Source: Bacteroidota bacterium (GTDB lineage: Bacteria > Bacteroidota > Rhodothermia > Rhodothermales > Bin80). Taken from it: a DNA stretch of 64,000 nt. How positions within the stretch are numbered: position 1 is the first letter of the stretch; each line of letters starts with the position of its first letter. The DNA is taken from positions 72,264 to 136,263 of the forward strand of contig JAPOTS010000136.1 of the NCBI GenBank assembly GCA_026709065.1, given 5' to 3'. The notes under the pieces were generated by a model, which made no database searches, was not told the origin of the DNA, and worked only from the letters and a program-made list of their open reading frames with translations. Position numbers and translations under genes: made by a program. Below are positions 10,805 through 20,510 of this stretch, in pieces.

Positions 10805-11736
10805 TTTTTGAGCAGGGGCTTGATTCCATTACTCGGAATGATCACAGTGTTGTTACAGTTGGAACCTTTGATGGGGTTCATTTAGGGCATCGTAAGATCA
10901 TTTGTGACCTCATTGACCGAGCTCAACAATACAAGGGACTCAGTACCGTCATCACTTTTGACCCCCATCCCCGTGAAGTGCTATTACAAGAAAAATTGAC
11001 GAAGCTTACGACAATTCAAGAGCGGGCATCAATTTTGTCCTCGTTAGGCTTGGATCGACTGGTTGTCGTCCCGTTTACTCAAGAATTCTCTCAGATCAGT
11101 CCAGAAAGATTTGTGACTGAATTTCTTTTTGAAGCGATAGGACTTCAGTCCATCGTGATAGGCTATGATCATCGATTCGGAAAAGACCGCAAAGGTGATA
11201 TCAATCTTCTGAATTCTCTGGGGCAACGTCTTGACTTTAGTGTCCGGGAGATTGCACCTCATGTAGAAGATGGAGGCGTAGTTTCTTCGCGTGCAATTCG
11301 GAATCTACTTCATAAACATGGAGACATTGTTCAAGCGACAAAACTACTTACATACCCTTACACACTCACTGGAACTGTGATTACTGGAGATGGGAGAGGC
11401 CGTGAGCTGGGATACCCGACAGCAAACATTCGCCTCATTGACCCAGATAAAGTGATACCAGCTCATGGGATTTACGTTGTGCATGTTGATGTATCTGGGA
11501 TCAAAAGAGGTGGCCTAATGAGTATAGGAACGCGCCCCACGATTCTGGATAGTAAGGGGGTGCACTTGGAGGTGAATATACTTGATTTTTCAGAATCTAT
11601 ATACGGCCAAGAGTTGACCGTATATTTCATCAAGAAAATTCGGGATCAGCAGCATTTTGATACATTAGATGAACTCAGAACTGCTATGATTGGCGATGAA
11701 GAGATTTCTAGGGAGATTTTGGAACACTCAAAATAG
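10801..11736 (+). CDS. ribF: Bifunctional riboflavin kinase / FAD synthetase
   Basis: 'TVGTFDGVHLGH' nucleotidyltransferase motif and a C-terminal riboflavin kinase domain ('GRELGYPTAN'). It overlaps the truB stop in an ATGA. Confidence 0.95.
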   Translation: MIFEQGLDSITRNDHSVVTVGTFDGVHLGHRKIICDLIDRAQQYKGLSTVITFDPHPREVLLQEKLTKLTTIQERASILSSLGLDRLVVVPFTQEFSQISPERFVTEFLFEAIGLQSIVIGYDHRFGKDRKGDINLLNSLGQRLDFSVREIAPHVEDGGVVSSRAIRNLLHKHGDIVQATKLLTYPYTLTGTVITGDGRGRELGYPTANIRLIDPDKVIPAHGIYVVHVDVSGIKRGGLMSIGTRPTILDSKGVHLEVNILDFSESIYGQELTVYFIKKIRDQQHFDTLDELRTAMIGDEEISREILEHSK

Positions 11737-11851
11737 GTAGGCGTTATATGGTCAAATTATATCTCGGTTTGACAAAATAACATTGTGATCAGCCTTTCAT
11801 TGTAGACGTTTGACTGGGATTTGATAACACAAGGCTTTCAATGATAAACGA

Positions 11852-12118
11852 ATGATAACCAAAGAACAGACACAAGATTTTGCTGAAAAATACGGTAATG
11901 GGCCTTCGGATACGGGTACAGCAGAAGTTCAGATAGCAATTTTTTCAGAACGGATTCGTCATTTGACACAGCATCTCAACAGAAACAAGAAAGATCATGC
12001 AACGCGACGCGGATTATTGAAGCTAGTTGGAAAGCGTCGTAGAATGCTCAATTATTTAATGAATAAAGATATTGAGCGTTATCGTAATATAACAAAAGTA
12101 CTAGGCTTACGTAAGTAG
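11852..12118 (+). CDS. rpsO: 30S ribosomal protein S15
   Basis: 88 aa with 'GSTEVQIA'-like '[21 protein letters not shown]' and '[22 protein letters not shown]'. Confidence 0.97.
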   Translation: MITKEQTQDFAEKYGNGPSDTGTAEVQIAIFSERIRHLTQHLNRNKKDHATRRGLLKLVGKRRRMLNYLMNKDIERYRNITKVLGLRK

Positions 12119-12126
12119 GTATAGAG

Positions 12127-12158
12127 TCTCTGAACGTTTTCATACGGTAGTTCAGAGA
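12127..12158 (+). promoter_or_regulatory. Perfect 9-bp stem-loop in the rpsO-pnp intergenic leader
   Basis: 'tctctgaac'(12127-12135) pairs with 'gttcagaga'(12150-12158) around a 14-nt loop, with no U-tract. It sits 21 nt upstream of the pnp ATG, where E. coli has an RNase III-processed pnp leader hairpin. Confidence 0.5.
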
Positions 12159-12179
12159 ACATTAACATAAAGAGGAAAG

Positions 12180-14414
12180 ATGAAACCACAAGCAATCACG
12201 GTGCAGATAGAATATGCACCAGCTAAGACAATCACACTGGAAACTGGCAGGCTTGCCAAACAGGCTGGAGGCGCAGTCATTATGCGGGCAGGAGACACTA
12301 TGGTCCTTGCGACTGCTGTCATCTCCGATTCTGCTCGCCCTGGACAAAACTTTTTCCCTCTCACAGTGGATTATCGTGAAAAATTCTCATCAGGGGGCAA
12401 AATCCCTGGTGGATTTATTAAAAGAGAGGGGAGATTAAATGATAAGGAGATACTCACATCTCGACTTGTCGACCGTGCGATTCGTCCGTTGTTTCCCGAA
12501 GGCTTTCTTAATGAAGTCCAGTTAATCGGATCTGTGATATCCGCAGATGGAGACAATGATGGAGATATGCTCTTTGGCATCGGCGCATCAGCGGCTCTGT
12601 TACTTTCTGGTTCACCTTTTGACGGCCCGATAGTTGAAGTCCGGATCGGTAGGATTGACAGCACATTCATTGTAAATCCGACCGTTGATGAATTGAGATC
12701 TAGCGATTTCAATTTGGTGGTCGCTGGGAAAATAGATTCCATCATGATGGTTGAGGGGGAAATGAGTGAGAGTTCAGAGGAAGACATTGTTGAGGCGCTA
12801 ACCACAGCTCACCAAGTCATCAAAAAGATTTGCCAAGCCCAACTTGATCTACGTGATCAATTTGAAGCAATCCATGGCCCGATTGAATCTATAGAATATG
12901 AATTAGATACACCTGAATCAGAGATGGTTGAGAGAGTCAGAAACCATATTCAATCAAAGATAGAATCGCACATTCGCGCCCCTTATGAAAAGAAAAAATT
13001 CTATGGAGGGCTGTCTGACCTAATTGATGAGGCTGTGGAAACCATCTCTGCTGAATTTTCTGACGAAGATGATGATTCAATTGAATATCACATTCGTAGT
13101 GCCGCATCGGTTGTCTCCCGAGATGCCATGCGTGAAATGGTCTTATCAGATCGTAGAAGAATTGACGGGCGTGATCCAGAATCTGTTCGTCCTATATGGT
13201 GTGAAGCAGGGTATCTGCCGCGAGTCCATGGTTCATCTATCTTTACTCGGGGCGAAACTCAGGTCATGGCATCGGTGACTCTTGGTACAACAAGAGATCA
13301 ACAGCCTGTCGATCAAGTTTTTGATCAAGAAGACAAACATTTCTTTCTCCATTATGAATTCCCACCCTTCTCTACTGGAGAGGTCAAATTTTTGCGAGGC
13401 GCAAGTCGGCGTGAGATTGGTCATGGATATTTAGCTGAACGTGCATTACAGGGAATGATCCCTGATCAGGAAGAATTCCCTTATACGATTCGTATCAATG
13501 CAGATGTTCTGGAATCCAATGGATCGTCCTCAATGGCGAGTGTTTGTTCTGGAAGTCTTGCCCTGATGGATGCTGGTGTACCTATTCGTAAAGCAATTGC
13601 TGGTGTCGCAATGGGAATGGTTGCTGATGAAACTCGGCATGTTGTATTAACAGACATTCTCGGTACAGAGGACCATCTCGGGGATATGGATTTCAAGGTC
13701 ACTGGCACTCGAGACGGCATTACGGCCTGCCAGATGGATATTAAAATTAGTGGACTTTCTAGAGATGTTATGTTGCAGGCACTGCAACAAGCCAGAGATG
13801 CTAGATTACACATCCTAGATGTAATGGATCAGACGTTACAGACACCTAGAGATCAAATGTCGCCCCATGCACCACGACTTACCCAAATCACCATCGATAG
13901 CGATTTGATTGGTGCAGTGATTGGACCGGGTGGCAAGACTGTCAGAGGAATTCAGGCTGATACTGGGGTGATCATTGAAGTAGAAGAAAGGGACAACTTA
14001 GGATATGTCACTATTGCGGGATCAGATGAACGCTCAGTTGAACAAGCGATTGAAATTATTCACTCGTTAGTCGTCATGCCTGAGATAGGGGAAGAGTACG
14101 ATGGGACTGTACGTAGCGTGACAGATATTGGCGTGATTGTTGAGATTCTGCCTGGAAAAGAGGGCATGGTTCACAAGAGCGAGCTTTCATGGGAATGGGT
14201 GACCAGCCCCCATGATTTTGTACAGGTCGGAGATAAACTTAGAGTTCGGCTAATGGAAATTCGCGATCGTGGACGACTTCGGTTGAGCCATAAAGTGACT
14301 GTCCCCCGACCGGCCAATTACAGACAAAATAGTCGACCTCCAAGAGGCGCACCTCCTCATAATCGGGGAAATAGACGTGGTGGTCATTCTCGAGGCCCGC
14401 GTCGATACAATTGA
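12180..14414 (+). CDS. pnp: Polyribonucleotide nucleotidyltransferase (PNPase)
   Basis: Two RNase PH domains, a KH domain ('IGAVIGPGGKTVRGI') and an S1 domain, plus an Arg/Gly-rich tail. Confidence 0.97.
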   Translation: MKPQAITVQIEYAPAKTITLETGRLAKQAGGAVIMRAGDTMVLATAVISDSARPGQNFFPLTVDYREKFSSGGKIPGGFIKREGRLNDKEILTSRLVDRAIRPLFPEGFLNEVQLIGSVISADGDNDGDMLFGIGASAALLLSGSPFDGPIVEVRIGRIDSTFIVNPTVDELRSSDFNLVVAGKIDSIMMVEGEMSESSEEDIVEALTTAHQVIKKICQAQLDLRDQFEAIHGPIESIEYELDTPESEMVERVRNHIQSKIESHIRAPYEKKKFYGGLSDLIDEAVETISAEFSDEDDDSIEYHIRSAASVVSRDAMREMVLSDRRRIDGRDPESVRPIWCEAGYLPRVHGSSIFTRGETQVMASVTLGTTRDQQPVDQVFDQEDKHFFLHYEFPPFSTGEVKFLRGASRREIGHGYLAERALQGMIPDQEEFPYTIRINADVLESNGSSSMASVCSGSLALMDAGVPIRKAIAGVAMGMVADETRHVVLTDILGTEDHLGDMDFKVTGTRDGITACQMDIKISGLSRDVMLQALQQARDARLHILDVMDQTLQTPRDQMSPHAPRLTQITIDSDLIGAVIGPGGKTVRGIQADTGVIIEVEERDNLGYVTIAGSDERSVEQAIEIIHSLVVMPEIGEEYDGTVRSVTDIGVIVEILPGKEGMVHKSELSWEWVTSPHDFVQVGDKLRVRLMEIRDRGRLRLSHKVTVPRPANYRQNSRPPRGAPPHNRGNRRGGHSRGPRRYN

Positions 14415-15658
14415 AATCAAAGACCGTGGTTAAAAAGACAACACTGCCAAGTGGTGTCCGAATCCTCAGCGAGTCGATTTCAACGGTGAGGTCAATTGCT
14501 GTGGGAATTTGGGTCAATTCTGGAAGTCGGGATGATCCAGAGGGCAAGTCGGGTATCAGCCACTTCGTTGAACACGCGGTCTTTAAGGGGACGAAAAAAC
14601 GAAGGATGCATCAAATTGCCAATCGTATGGAATCGGTTGGTGGCTATCTTAATGCATTCACATCCAAAGAGCATACTTGCTATTTTACGCGGGCGCTGGA
14701 TTCATATCTTGATAGGGGAGTTGATTCGCTCTGTGACTTAGTTGTGTCACCGATATTTCCAGAACGAGAAATTGAGAAAGAGAAAAGTGTTGTACTTGAA
14801 GAGATCAAGATGTATGATGATGCTCCTGAGGAGTATATCATTGATCAATTTGAATCAATGATATACCCATCTCAATCCATTGGCCGCCCAATCGTTGGGT
14901 ATCCCGATTCCGTATCTCATCTCCGCCGTGAGGATCTTCTGGATTATGTATCCACTCAGTATATTCCCTCCCAAATCGTAGTGGCGGCTTCGGGAAATCT
15001 TCGCCACGAGAAATTGGTTAAAAGTGTCTCTAAAGCATTGAAAGATTTGAGGACTACGAGTGCACATATTTCAAAACAAATCAAGCCAACCTTTTCAGAT
15101 TCAACCGAGATAATCTTACGCAGGCCGATTCAGCAGGCACATTTGATTTTAGGGCGAGATGCGATTTCAATTCACTCCAAAGATAGGCCTATCATTCAAT
15201 TAATGAATATTATTCTGGGTGGGGGGAGTTCAAGTCGTTTGAATCAGAAAATTCGGGAGCGATATGGCTTTTGCTATCACATTGGCTCATTTCTCAATCT
15301 ATATTCTGACTGTGGAGATTTTGGAATCTATTTGGGAATAGATCACACAAAAATAAATCATGTACTTCGCTTAATTTTTCGTGAATTTGATCGTTTAGTT
15401 CAGCGCCCTGTGAGTAGTCAAGCGCTCTCACGCGCAAAGGGACAGGCTCGTGGGGCACTTGCACTTGGATTAGAGAGCATGTCTAATCGGATGACGCGCT
15501 TAGGCAAAGAGGAAATATATTTTGGTAACGTAATTTCTGTTGATGAAATAATTGAGGAGTTAGAATCCGTGACTCCTGAGGATATTCAACTATTTGCTTC
15601 ACAATTTCTGGTCCCTGATGTATTTTCTCGGGTGATGCTTGTCCCGGCTTCAACATAG
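14411..15658 (+). CDS. M16 family zinc peptidase (pitrilysin-like)
   Basis: The inverted zincin motif 'HFVEH' ('GISHFVEHAVFKGT'). About 415 aa. The TTG start overlaps the pnp stop, and the exact start is uncertain. Confidence 0.85.
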   Translation: MKSKTVVKKTTLPSGVRILSESISTVRSIAVGIWVNSGSRDDPEGKSGISHFVEHAVFKGTKKRRMHQIANRMESVGGYLNAFTSKEHTCYFTRALDSYLDRGVDSLCDLVVSPIFPEREIEKEKSVVLEEIKMYDDAPEEYIIDQFESMIYPSQSIGRPIVGYPDSVSHLRREDLLDYVSTQYIPSQIVVAASGNLRHEKLVKSVSKALKDLRTTSAHISKQIKPTFSDSTEIILRRPIQQAHLILGRDAISIHSKDRPIIQLMNIILGGGSSSRLNQKIRERYGFCYHIGSFLNLYSDCGDFGIYLGIDHTKINHVLRLIFREFDRLVQRPVSSQALSRAKGQARGALALGLESMSNRMTRLGKEEIYFGNVISVDEIIEELESVTPEDIQLFASQFLVPDVFSRVMLVPAST

Positions 15659-15897
15659 ATTATCTGAAAATTCATACCCAGCCAAGTTCTCAAAATGCAA
15701 GAACAAAATATCTTGAGCCAACAAAAATGATGACCGTGTTGGGTAAAGTATGGTGAGCAATAAGATTTATACAAACGATGGCATGTCGGTAAGCTATTGG
15801 ATTAATTGGGGAAGAAACCCTAATTTTAGGGAAGAATATTCGCTCTTAGATGTGAATAGTTGAGTAACCACCATCCCATAATTTACAAAAACATCTC

Positions 15898-16824
15898 ATG
15901 AATCACCGGATCGTATCTCTTATTCCAAGTGCCACCGAGATTATATGTGCCTTAGGGTTTGAAGAAAACCTTGTTGGTAAATCTCACGAATGTGATTATC
16001 CATTATCAATCAAACAACTCCCGGTGTGCTCCTCTTCAAAGGTTCATACTGAATTAGCTAGCGCTCAAATAGATGATTTGGTTCGTGACATTGTTTTAGA
16101 AGGCTTCTCAGTTTACAATGTTGATTCAGATTTATTAGACCAACTTGCACCTACGATGATCGTCACACAAACACAATGTGAAATTTGCGCAGTGAGTCTC
16201 AGTGATGTTGAGAAAGCCATATCTGAGCTAGTGACTTCTACACCTACAATTGTTTCACTTGAACCGATGACACTTGAAGATGTCTGGTCAGACATCCAAT
16301 GGGTTGCTGATAATTTAGGTCAGACTCAAGGGGGCGAAGAATTAATTGCTGATCTAAAAGGTCGGTTGAACTTACTTTGTGCTCAGACGAAGAAGATCAC
16401 TCACAAACCCAAGGTCGCTTGTATTGAATGGATAGATCCACTCATGATTGCTGCGAACTGGGTTCCTAGCCTTGTGGAATTAGCAGGAGGGGTAAACCTC
16501 ATAAGCGAGTATGGAAAGCATTCACAGTATCATTCTATGAATGACCTGTTGATTGAACAACCCGATGTCATAGCAATCATGCCTTGTGGATTTGATATAG
16601 AGCGTTGTTTGCAAGAGATGAAACCGCTCACTTCTGACCCTATTTGGAACGATTTGTCGGCAGTCAAGAACGGGCGAGTTTATGTGACTGACGGGAATCA
16701 ATATTTTAATCGACCAGGACCAAGGGTTGTAGAATCAGCTGAAATTCTCAGTGAATGCTTTTATCCTGAGACTTTTGATTTTGGGCACAAAGGATCAGGA
16801 TGGATTCCTTGGATGCCCTCGTAG
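15898..16824 (+). CDS. BtuF/FhuD-like (cobalamin/siderophore-type) binding protein, no obvious signal peptide
   Basis: The N-terminus 'RIVSLIPSATEIICALGFEENLVG' and a two-lobed periplasmic-binding-protein type 8 pattern. Confidence 0.7.
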   Translation: MNHRIVSLIPSATEIICALGFEENLVGKSHECDYPLSIKQLPVCSSSKVHTELASAQIDDLVRDIVLEGFSVYNVDSDLLDQLAPTMIVTQTQCEICAVSLSDVEKAISELVTSTPTIVSLEPMTLEDVWSDIQWVADNLGQTQGGEELIADLKGRLNLLCAQTKKITHKPKVACIEWIDPLMIAANWVPSLVELAGGVNLISEYGKHSQYHSMNDLLIEQPDVIAIMPCGFDIERCLQEMKPLTSDPIWNDLSAVKNGRVYVTDGNQYFNRPGPRVVESAEILSECFYPETFDFGHKGSGWIPWMPS

Positions 16825-16984
16825 CATCCATCGTCAAGAGAATCCAAATCACTTTTCGTCCAATCAGTGTCCGTAGTCATGCGGTAGCCTGAAATTTAAT
16901 TCAGATTCAATCCGCAGTTTTCATCTGAGGTGATTCAGGTATCAGTTTGATTCCAAGGATTTATCCTTAACACCCCACAAATCT

Positions 16985-17983
16985 CTAACTTTCTTCTTTA
17001 ATGATTTGAAGGTGGGGGAACGGGATCTCAATTCCAGCTTGATTTAACCCTTCTTTGATTGCTTCGGTGTAATAGTAGATGATTTGGCGCTCAGAGCTTG
17101 GATTAGAGACATATACCCAAAGGCTCATGTCAACACTGCTATCATTTAGGGCAACAACAATGACTCTCGGCTCAGGATCCGTCAGAAGGCGAGGATCATC
17201 TTTCGTTAATTCTAAAACAACTTTTCGAGCCTCGGCAGGATGTTCTTTATAGGCAATGGAGAAAGGAATTTCAATCCTTAGATCTCCACCGATGGTATGA
17301 TTTAGAATACGCTCGTTTGACATCTGCTGATTGGGGATCACTAGGACTTCGTTTTTTGGAGTTCTTAGGCGTGTAGTGCGTAATGTAATATTCTCAACCA
17401 CACAGTAAATTCCTGAAACAATAAGTGTATCGCCTATACGAAAAGCCTTATCTGTGAGGATATTTACTCCAGACAATATATTTTCAACTGTATCGCGCGC
17501 AGCCAAACCAAAAGCAATTCCAGCAACCCCTATCCCAGCAATCAGAGCAGCAAGATCAACCCCGAGGGTTTGTAGAATCGTTATCCCGATCAAAATGAAT
17601 GACAGCAGTCTGAACGACTGCATGGCTAAGGTTTGGAGTCCAGCTTGGAGTACATTACTTCGTTTGAGAATTTTACGAAGTAGATTGTATAGAATTCGAT
17701 AAGCGGTATAAAAAATGATAAAGACCGCGATCGCTCCTAATAATTTTGGAGGCAGATCAGCGATTCCAGAAACAATATCTATTGATATAGCACTCCATGC
17801 CTCAGAAAATCGTCCCTCATATACAAGAGTACCCGCATCCATGAATGCCTGCGGGATATTAGATGTTTCTACTCCCAGTGAATCAACCTGACTAGGCATA
17901 GCTAATGAGTCACTGGCGGTCAAAGTTGTGTCAGCAACCTGAGCGGTATCAACAGACTGAGCTTCTTGGGTAGTGGATTCCAT
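16985..17983 (-). CDS. Mechanosensitive ion channel (MscS family)
   Basis: TM helices followed by the MscS beta-domain 'FRIGDTLIVSGIYCVVENITLRTTRLRTPKNEVLVIPN'. Confidence 0.85.
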   Translation of the reverse strand: MESTTQEAQSVDTAQVADTTLTASDSLAMPSQVDSLGVETSNIPQAFMDAGTLVYEGRFSEAWSAISIDIVSGIADLPPKLLGAIAVFIIFYTAYRILYNLLRKILKRSNVLQAGLQTLAMQSFRLLSFILIGITILQTLGVDLAALIAGIGVAGIAFGLAARDTVENILSGVNILTDKAFRIGDTLIVSGIYCVVENITLRTTRLRTPKNEVLVIPNQQMSNERILNHTIGGDLRIEIPFSIAYKEHPAEARKVVLELTKDDPRLLTDPEPRVIVVALNDSSVDMSLWVYVSNPSSERQIIYYYTEAIKEGLNQAGIEIPFPHLQIIKEES

Positions 17984-18855
17984 TAAAAATTACGTGTAGC
18001 TGCAATTAAGGTATTATTCAACAGCAAGGCAATGGTCATAGGGCCAACGCCACCCGGAACTGGTGTAATATAACCCGCTATGTCGGATACAGCTTCATAG
18101 TCAACATCTCCCGTGAGACGATATCCACGTTTTTTAGAAGGATCATTGACACGATTAATCCCCACATCAATCACAGTAGCCCCTGGTTTTATCATATCCG
18201 CTGTGACAAAATGAGCCCGTCCAATTGCCGCAATTAGGATATCGGCTTGTTGACAGATGTCTGGAAGATTTTGTGTACGACTATGACAGATCGTGACCGT
18301 AGCATTAACATCCTTTCTAAGTAATAGGCTACCAAGAGGCCGTCCTACGAGATTAGATCGTCCTATAATGACAGCATGTTTTCCCTGGGTAGGTATATTA
18401 GATCTACTGAGAAGTTCTACAATCCCGGCAGGAGTACAAGGGACAAACCCGGGTAAATCAGTGGCTAATCGACCTGCATTAACTGTGTGTAATCCGTCAA
18501 CATCTTTGTTTGGATCTAACGTAGCAATCACATTTGATGCATCAATATGATCAGGAAGTGGGAGTTGGACTAAAATCCCGTTCACATTTGGGCGGTCATT
18601 CAATTTCCGAATAAAATCAAGGAGGTCTTTTTCAGAGATTGTTGCATCAAACGAATAAGTTTCTCCATCAATTCCTGCATCATGACTGGCTTTTATTTTC
18701 CCTCGAACATAGGAGGCAGATGCTGGATTATCTCCAACCAATACGACGGCAAGGAAGGGGGGGGGGTGTCCCAGTGAAGTCCATTTTTCGACGTTGATTC
18801 GCACTTCATTCCTTACTTCGGAGGCAATCGCTTTGCCATCAATCACTATAGCCAC
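17983..18855 (-). CDS. folD: Bifunctional methylenetetrahydrofolate dehydrogenase / methenyl-THF cyclohydrolase
   Basis: 'LAVVLVGDNPASASYVRGK', 'GILVQLPLP' and 'VIIGRSNLVGRPL'. Confidence 0.95.
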   Translation of the reverse strand: MAIVIDGKAIASEVRNEVRINVEKWTSLGHPPPFLAVVLVGDNPASASYVRGKIKASHDAGIDGETYSFDATISEKDLLDFIRKLNDRPNVNGILVQLPLPDHIDASNVIATLDPNKDVDGLHTVNAGRLATDLPGFVPCTPAGIVELLSRSNIPTQGKHAVIIGRSNLVGRPLGSLLLRKDVNATVTICHSRTQNLPDICQQADILIAAIGRAHFVTADMIKPGATVIDVGINRVNDPSKKRGYRLTGDVDYEAVSDIAGYITPVPGGVGPMTIALLLNNTLIAATRNF

Positions 18856-19051
18856 GTCAGAATACCGTTTAATTCAACCATTTTAACGCACAACATTTAC
18901 TTTGGATACAAATCATTGGGTAAATGTTAGGTAGAAGTATTTAATTGGCCATCAGATGAGAACAATTGGTTTCCGAAAACTTCCTTAGGGTGCTATCGAT
19001 TAATATTAGATGATAGCAGAGGGATCTAAACCGAGAGATCACTGATGACCA

Positions 19052-20074
19052 TTACGAATTGGCATGTCCATTGCTTCGTTGTAGAACCAACAGTGTTACA
19101 TCATCTTTTAATGGTCGGCCAGCCCGCCAAGCAACTCCAGCTTTTCGGATATGAGCAATAATTTCATTTGGAGAGCGGTGCGCAGCTTCACTGAAGATAC
19201 GCCTGACACGATCAATCTGAAACATTTCCCCAGATGGACTTAACAAGTCCAAGAGCCCATCACTCATAAAGAATACTGTATCTCCAACTGCGAAAGGAAT
19301 TTCAATTTGTTCGTAAGGAAAATCGGTATAACTACCAAGGGGCATACCTTTGAGAATAATATCTTCAACTGTTTTACTTGAAGCCCGATACATAAACAGT
19401 GGAGGCATTCCAGCACCAACTAGCTTGAGAATTCCATCCTCATAACGTGCCAAGGTGAGATGCATGAAAGTGCTTGGTAGGTTGACGCATTTGATTGTTT
19501 TGGACATCCCTCGGATGATCCCCAGAAGATCACAATCATGTGCTGAGCCTTGAAAGAGTGCTTTGGTAGCAGCGACCATCATACCTGCAGTTGTTCCGTG
19601 CCCTGTAGCGTCACCAATGGTAAGGGTCATGACTCCTTGTTTGGAGAGAAAGAAATCATAGTAATCTCCGCTGAGTTCAGTTGCAGACTTGAGAAATGCA
19701 TCAATCTTCAGTTCTGGGTGAGATGGAATTATTGGAGCGAGCATTTCTTGCTGAGCTTGTCGGGCACTATCAAGTTCATTTGATTTCCGCAGGTAATCGG
19801 AGCTCTGTTGATCTGGAAGTGCTATATCTTCAATAAAATCATCAGGTCCTTCCTCATTATAGCGGATAATGATCTCACGAATCATTGATAGACTGTAACC
19901 AGTGACCTCAGAAATATCCTGAGAATGCTTTCCCTGACTTTTGAGATATATAATCTGCCAATGAGTCCTAGCTGCACCTCCACGCGTCTGGCGGTAACGA
20001 TCAAAAATCTCGTTTCTTGAAAGTGTATCTGCAAGAGGGATAAACCCTTCTGGTGTGTGAGTTGTATTTATCAT
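19052..20074 (-). CDS. PP2C/SpoIIE-family phosphatase with an N-terminal IS630-type helix-turn-helix domain
   Basis: The C-terminal 230 aa carry 'SGDYYDFF', 'IGDATGHGTTAGMM' and 'FFMSDGLLD'. The N-terminal ~75 aa, 'THWQIIYLKSQGKHSQDISEVTGYSLSMIREIIIRYNEEG', resemble HTH_Tnp/winged-helix modules. Confidence 0.75.
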   Translation of the reverse strand: MINTTHTPEGFIPLADTLSRNEIFDRYRQTRGGAARTHWQIIYLKSQGKHSQDISEVTGYSLSMIREIIIRYNEEGPDDFIEDIALPDQQSSDYLRKSNELDSARQAQQEMLAPIIPSHPELKIDAFLKSATELSGDYYDFFLSKQGVMTLTIGDATGHGTTAGMMVAATKALFQGSAHDCDLLGIIRGMSKTIKCVNLPSTFMHLTLARYEDGILKLVGAGMPPLFMYRASSKTVEDIILKGMPLGSYTDFPYEQIEIPFAVGDTVFFMSDGLLDLLSPSGEMFQIDRVRRIFSEAAHRSPNEIIAHIRKAGVAWRAGRPLKDDVTLLVLQRSNGHANS

Positions 20075-20429
20075 TTTCTGGTCAATTCAAGATACATATA
20101 CACAGAACGGTTCCATAATATGCAATTGGAATTAATGATCAGTCCATTCAAGATGGGTATTATGGAATATTACTACAAAATCCAGTTGGCAACAGTAGTA
20201 GCAAGGATGAGGCTGATCAGGTTAGATGCGGAGCTTACTTAGAAAAATACTGAAAGCACTGGTAATTGAAAACCTGTATTTCAATTACAAGAGAAGAATA
20301 GAAAGATTGAATCAATGTGTCCAACGGTACCTCTGCAGAACTGTTAGATATTTGATTGAAGTGCAATGAGCAGGTTTGAGAAAAAAAGAATCTTGTTGCA
20401 AAACAGACCTCAACTAAATGCTGTGCAAC

Positions 20430-20484
20430 ATCAAAAAACAAATCAAACAGATGCGCAGAGCAAGCTCCTCTCCGCATCTGTTTG
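20430..20484 (-). terminator. Rho-independent terminator of the porin-like gene
   Basis: A perfect 12-bp stem pairs 20444-20455 with 20473-20484. On the minus strand it is followed by 'atttgttttttga' (the A-run at 20433-20438 on the plus strand). Confidence 0.65.
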
Positions 20485-20510
20485 AGAATTACAATGATGA
20501 TTAAGCCAGT

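Noticed and set aside
15659-15897. A possible cobalamin riboswitch upstream of the BtuF-like binding-protein gene
   Set aside because: An 'agggaag' element and a small 'ccctaa..ttaggg' hairpin are present. I could not find the B12-box (GCCACUG-like) or the 'GGUG..AAUCC' core, so there is not enough support.
20057-20510. Track ORFs 20057-20242 (+) and 20235-20477 (-) in the spacer between the PP2C and porin genes
   Set aside because: They have no family resemblance or ribosome-binding context, and the second overlaps the porin terminator hairpin. I treat the region as non-coding.
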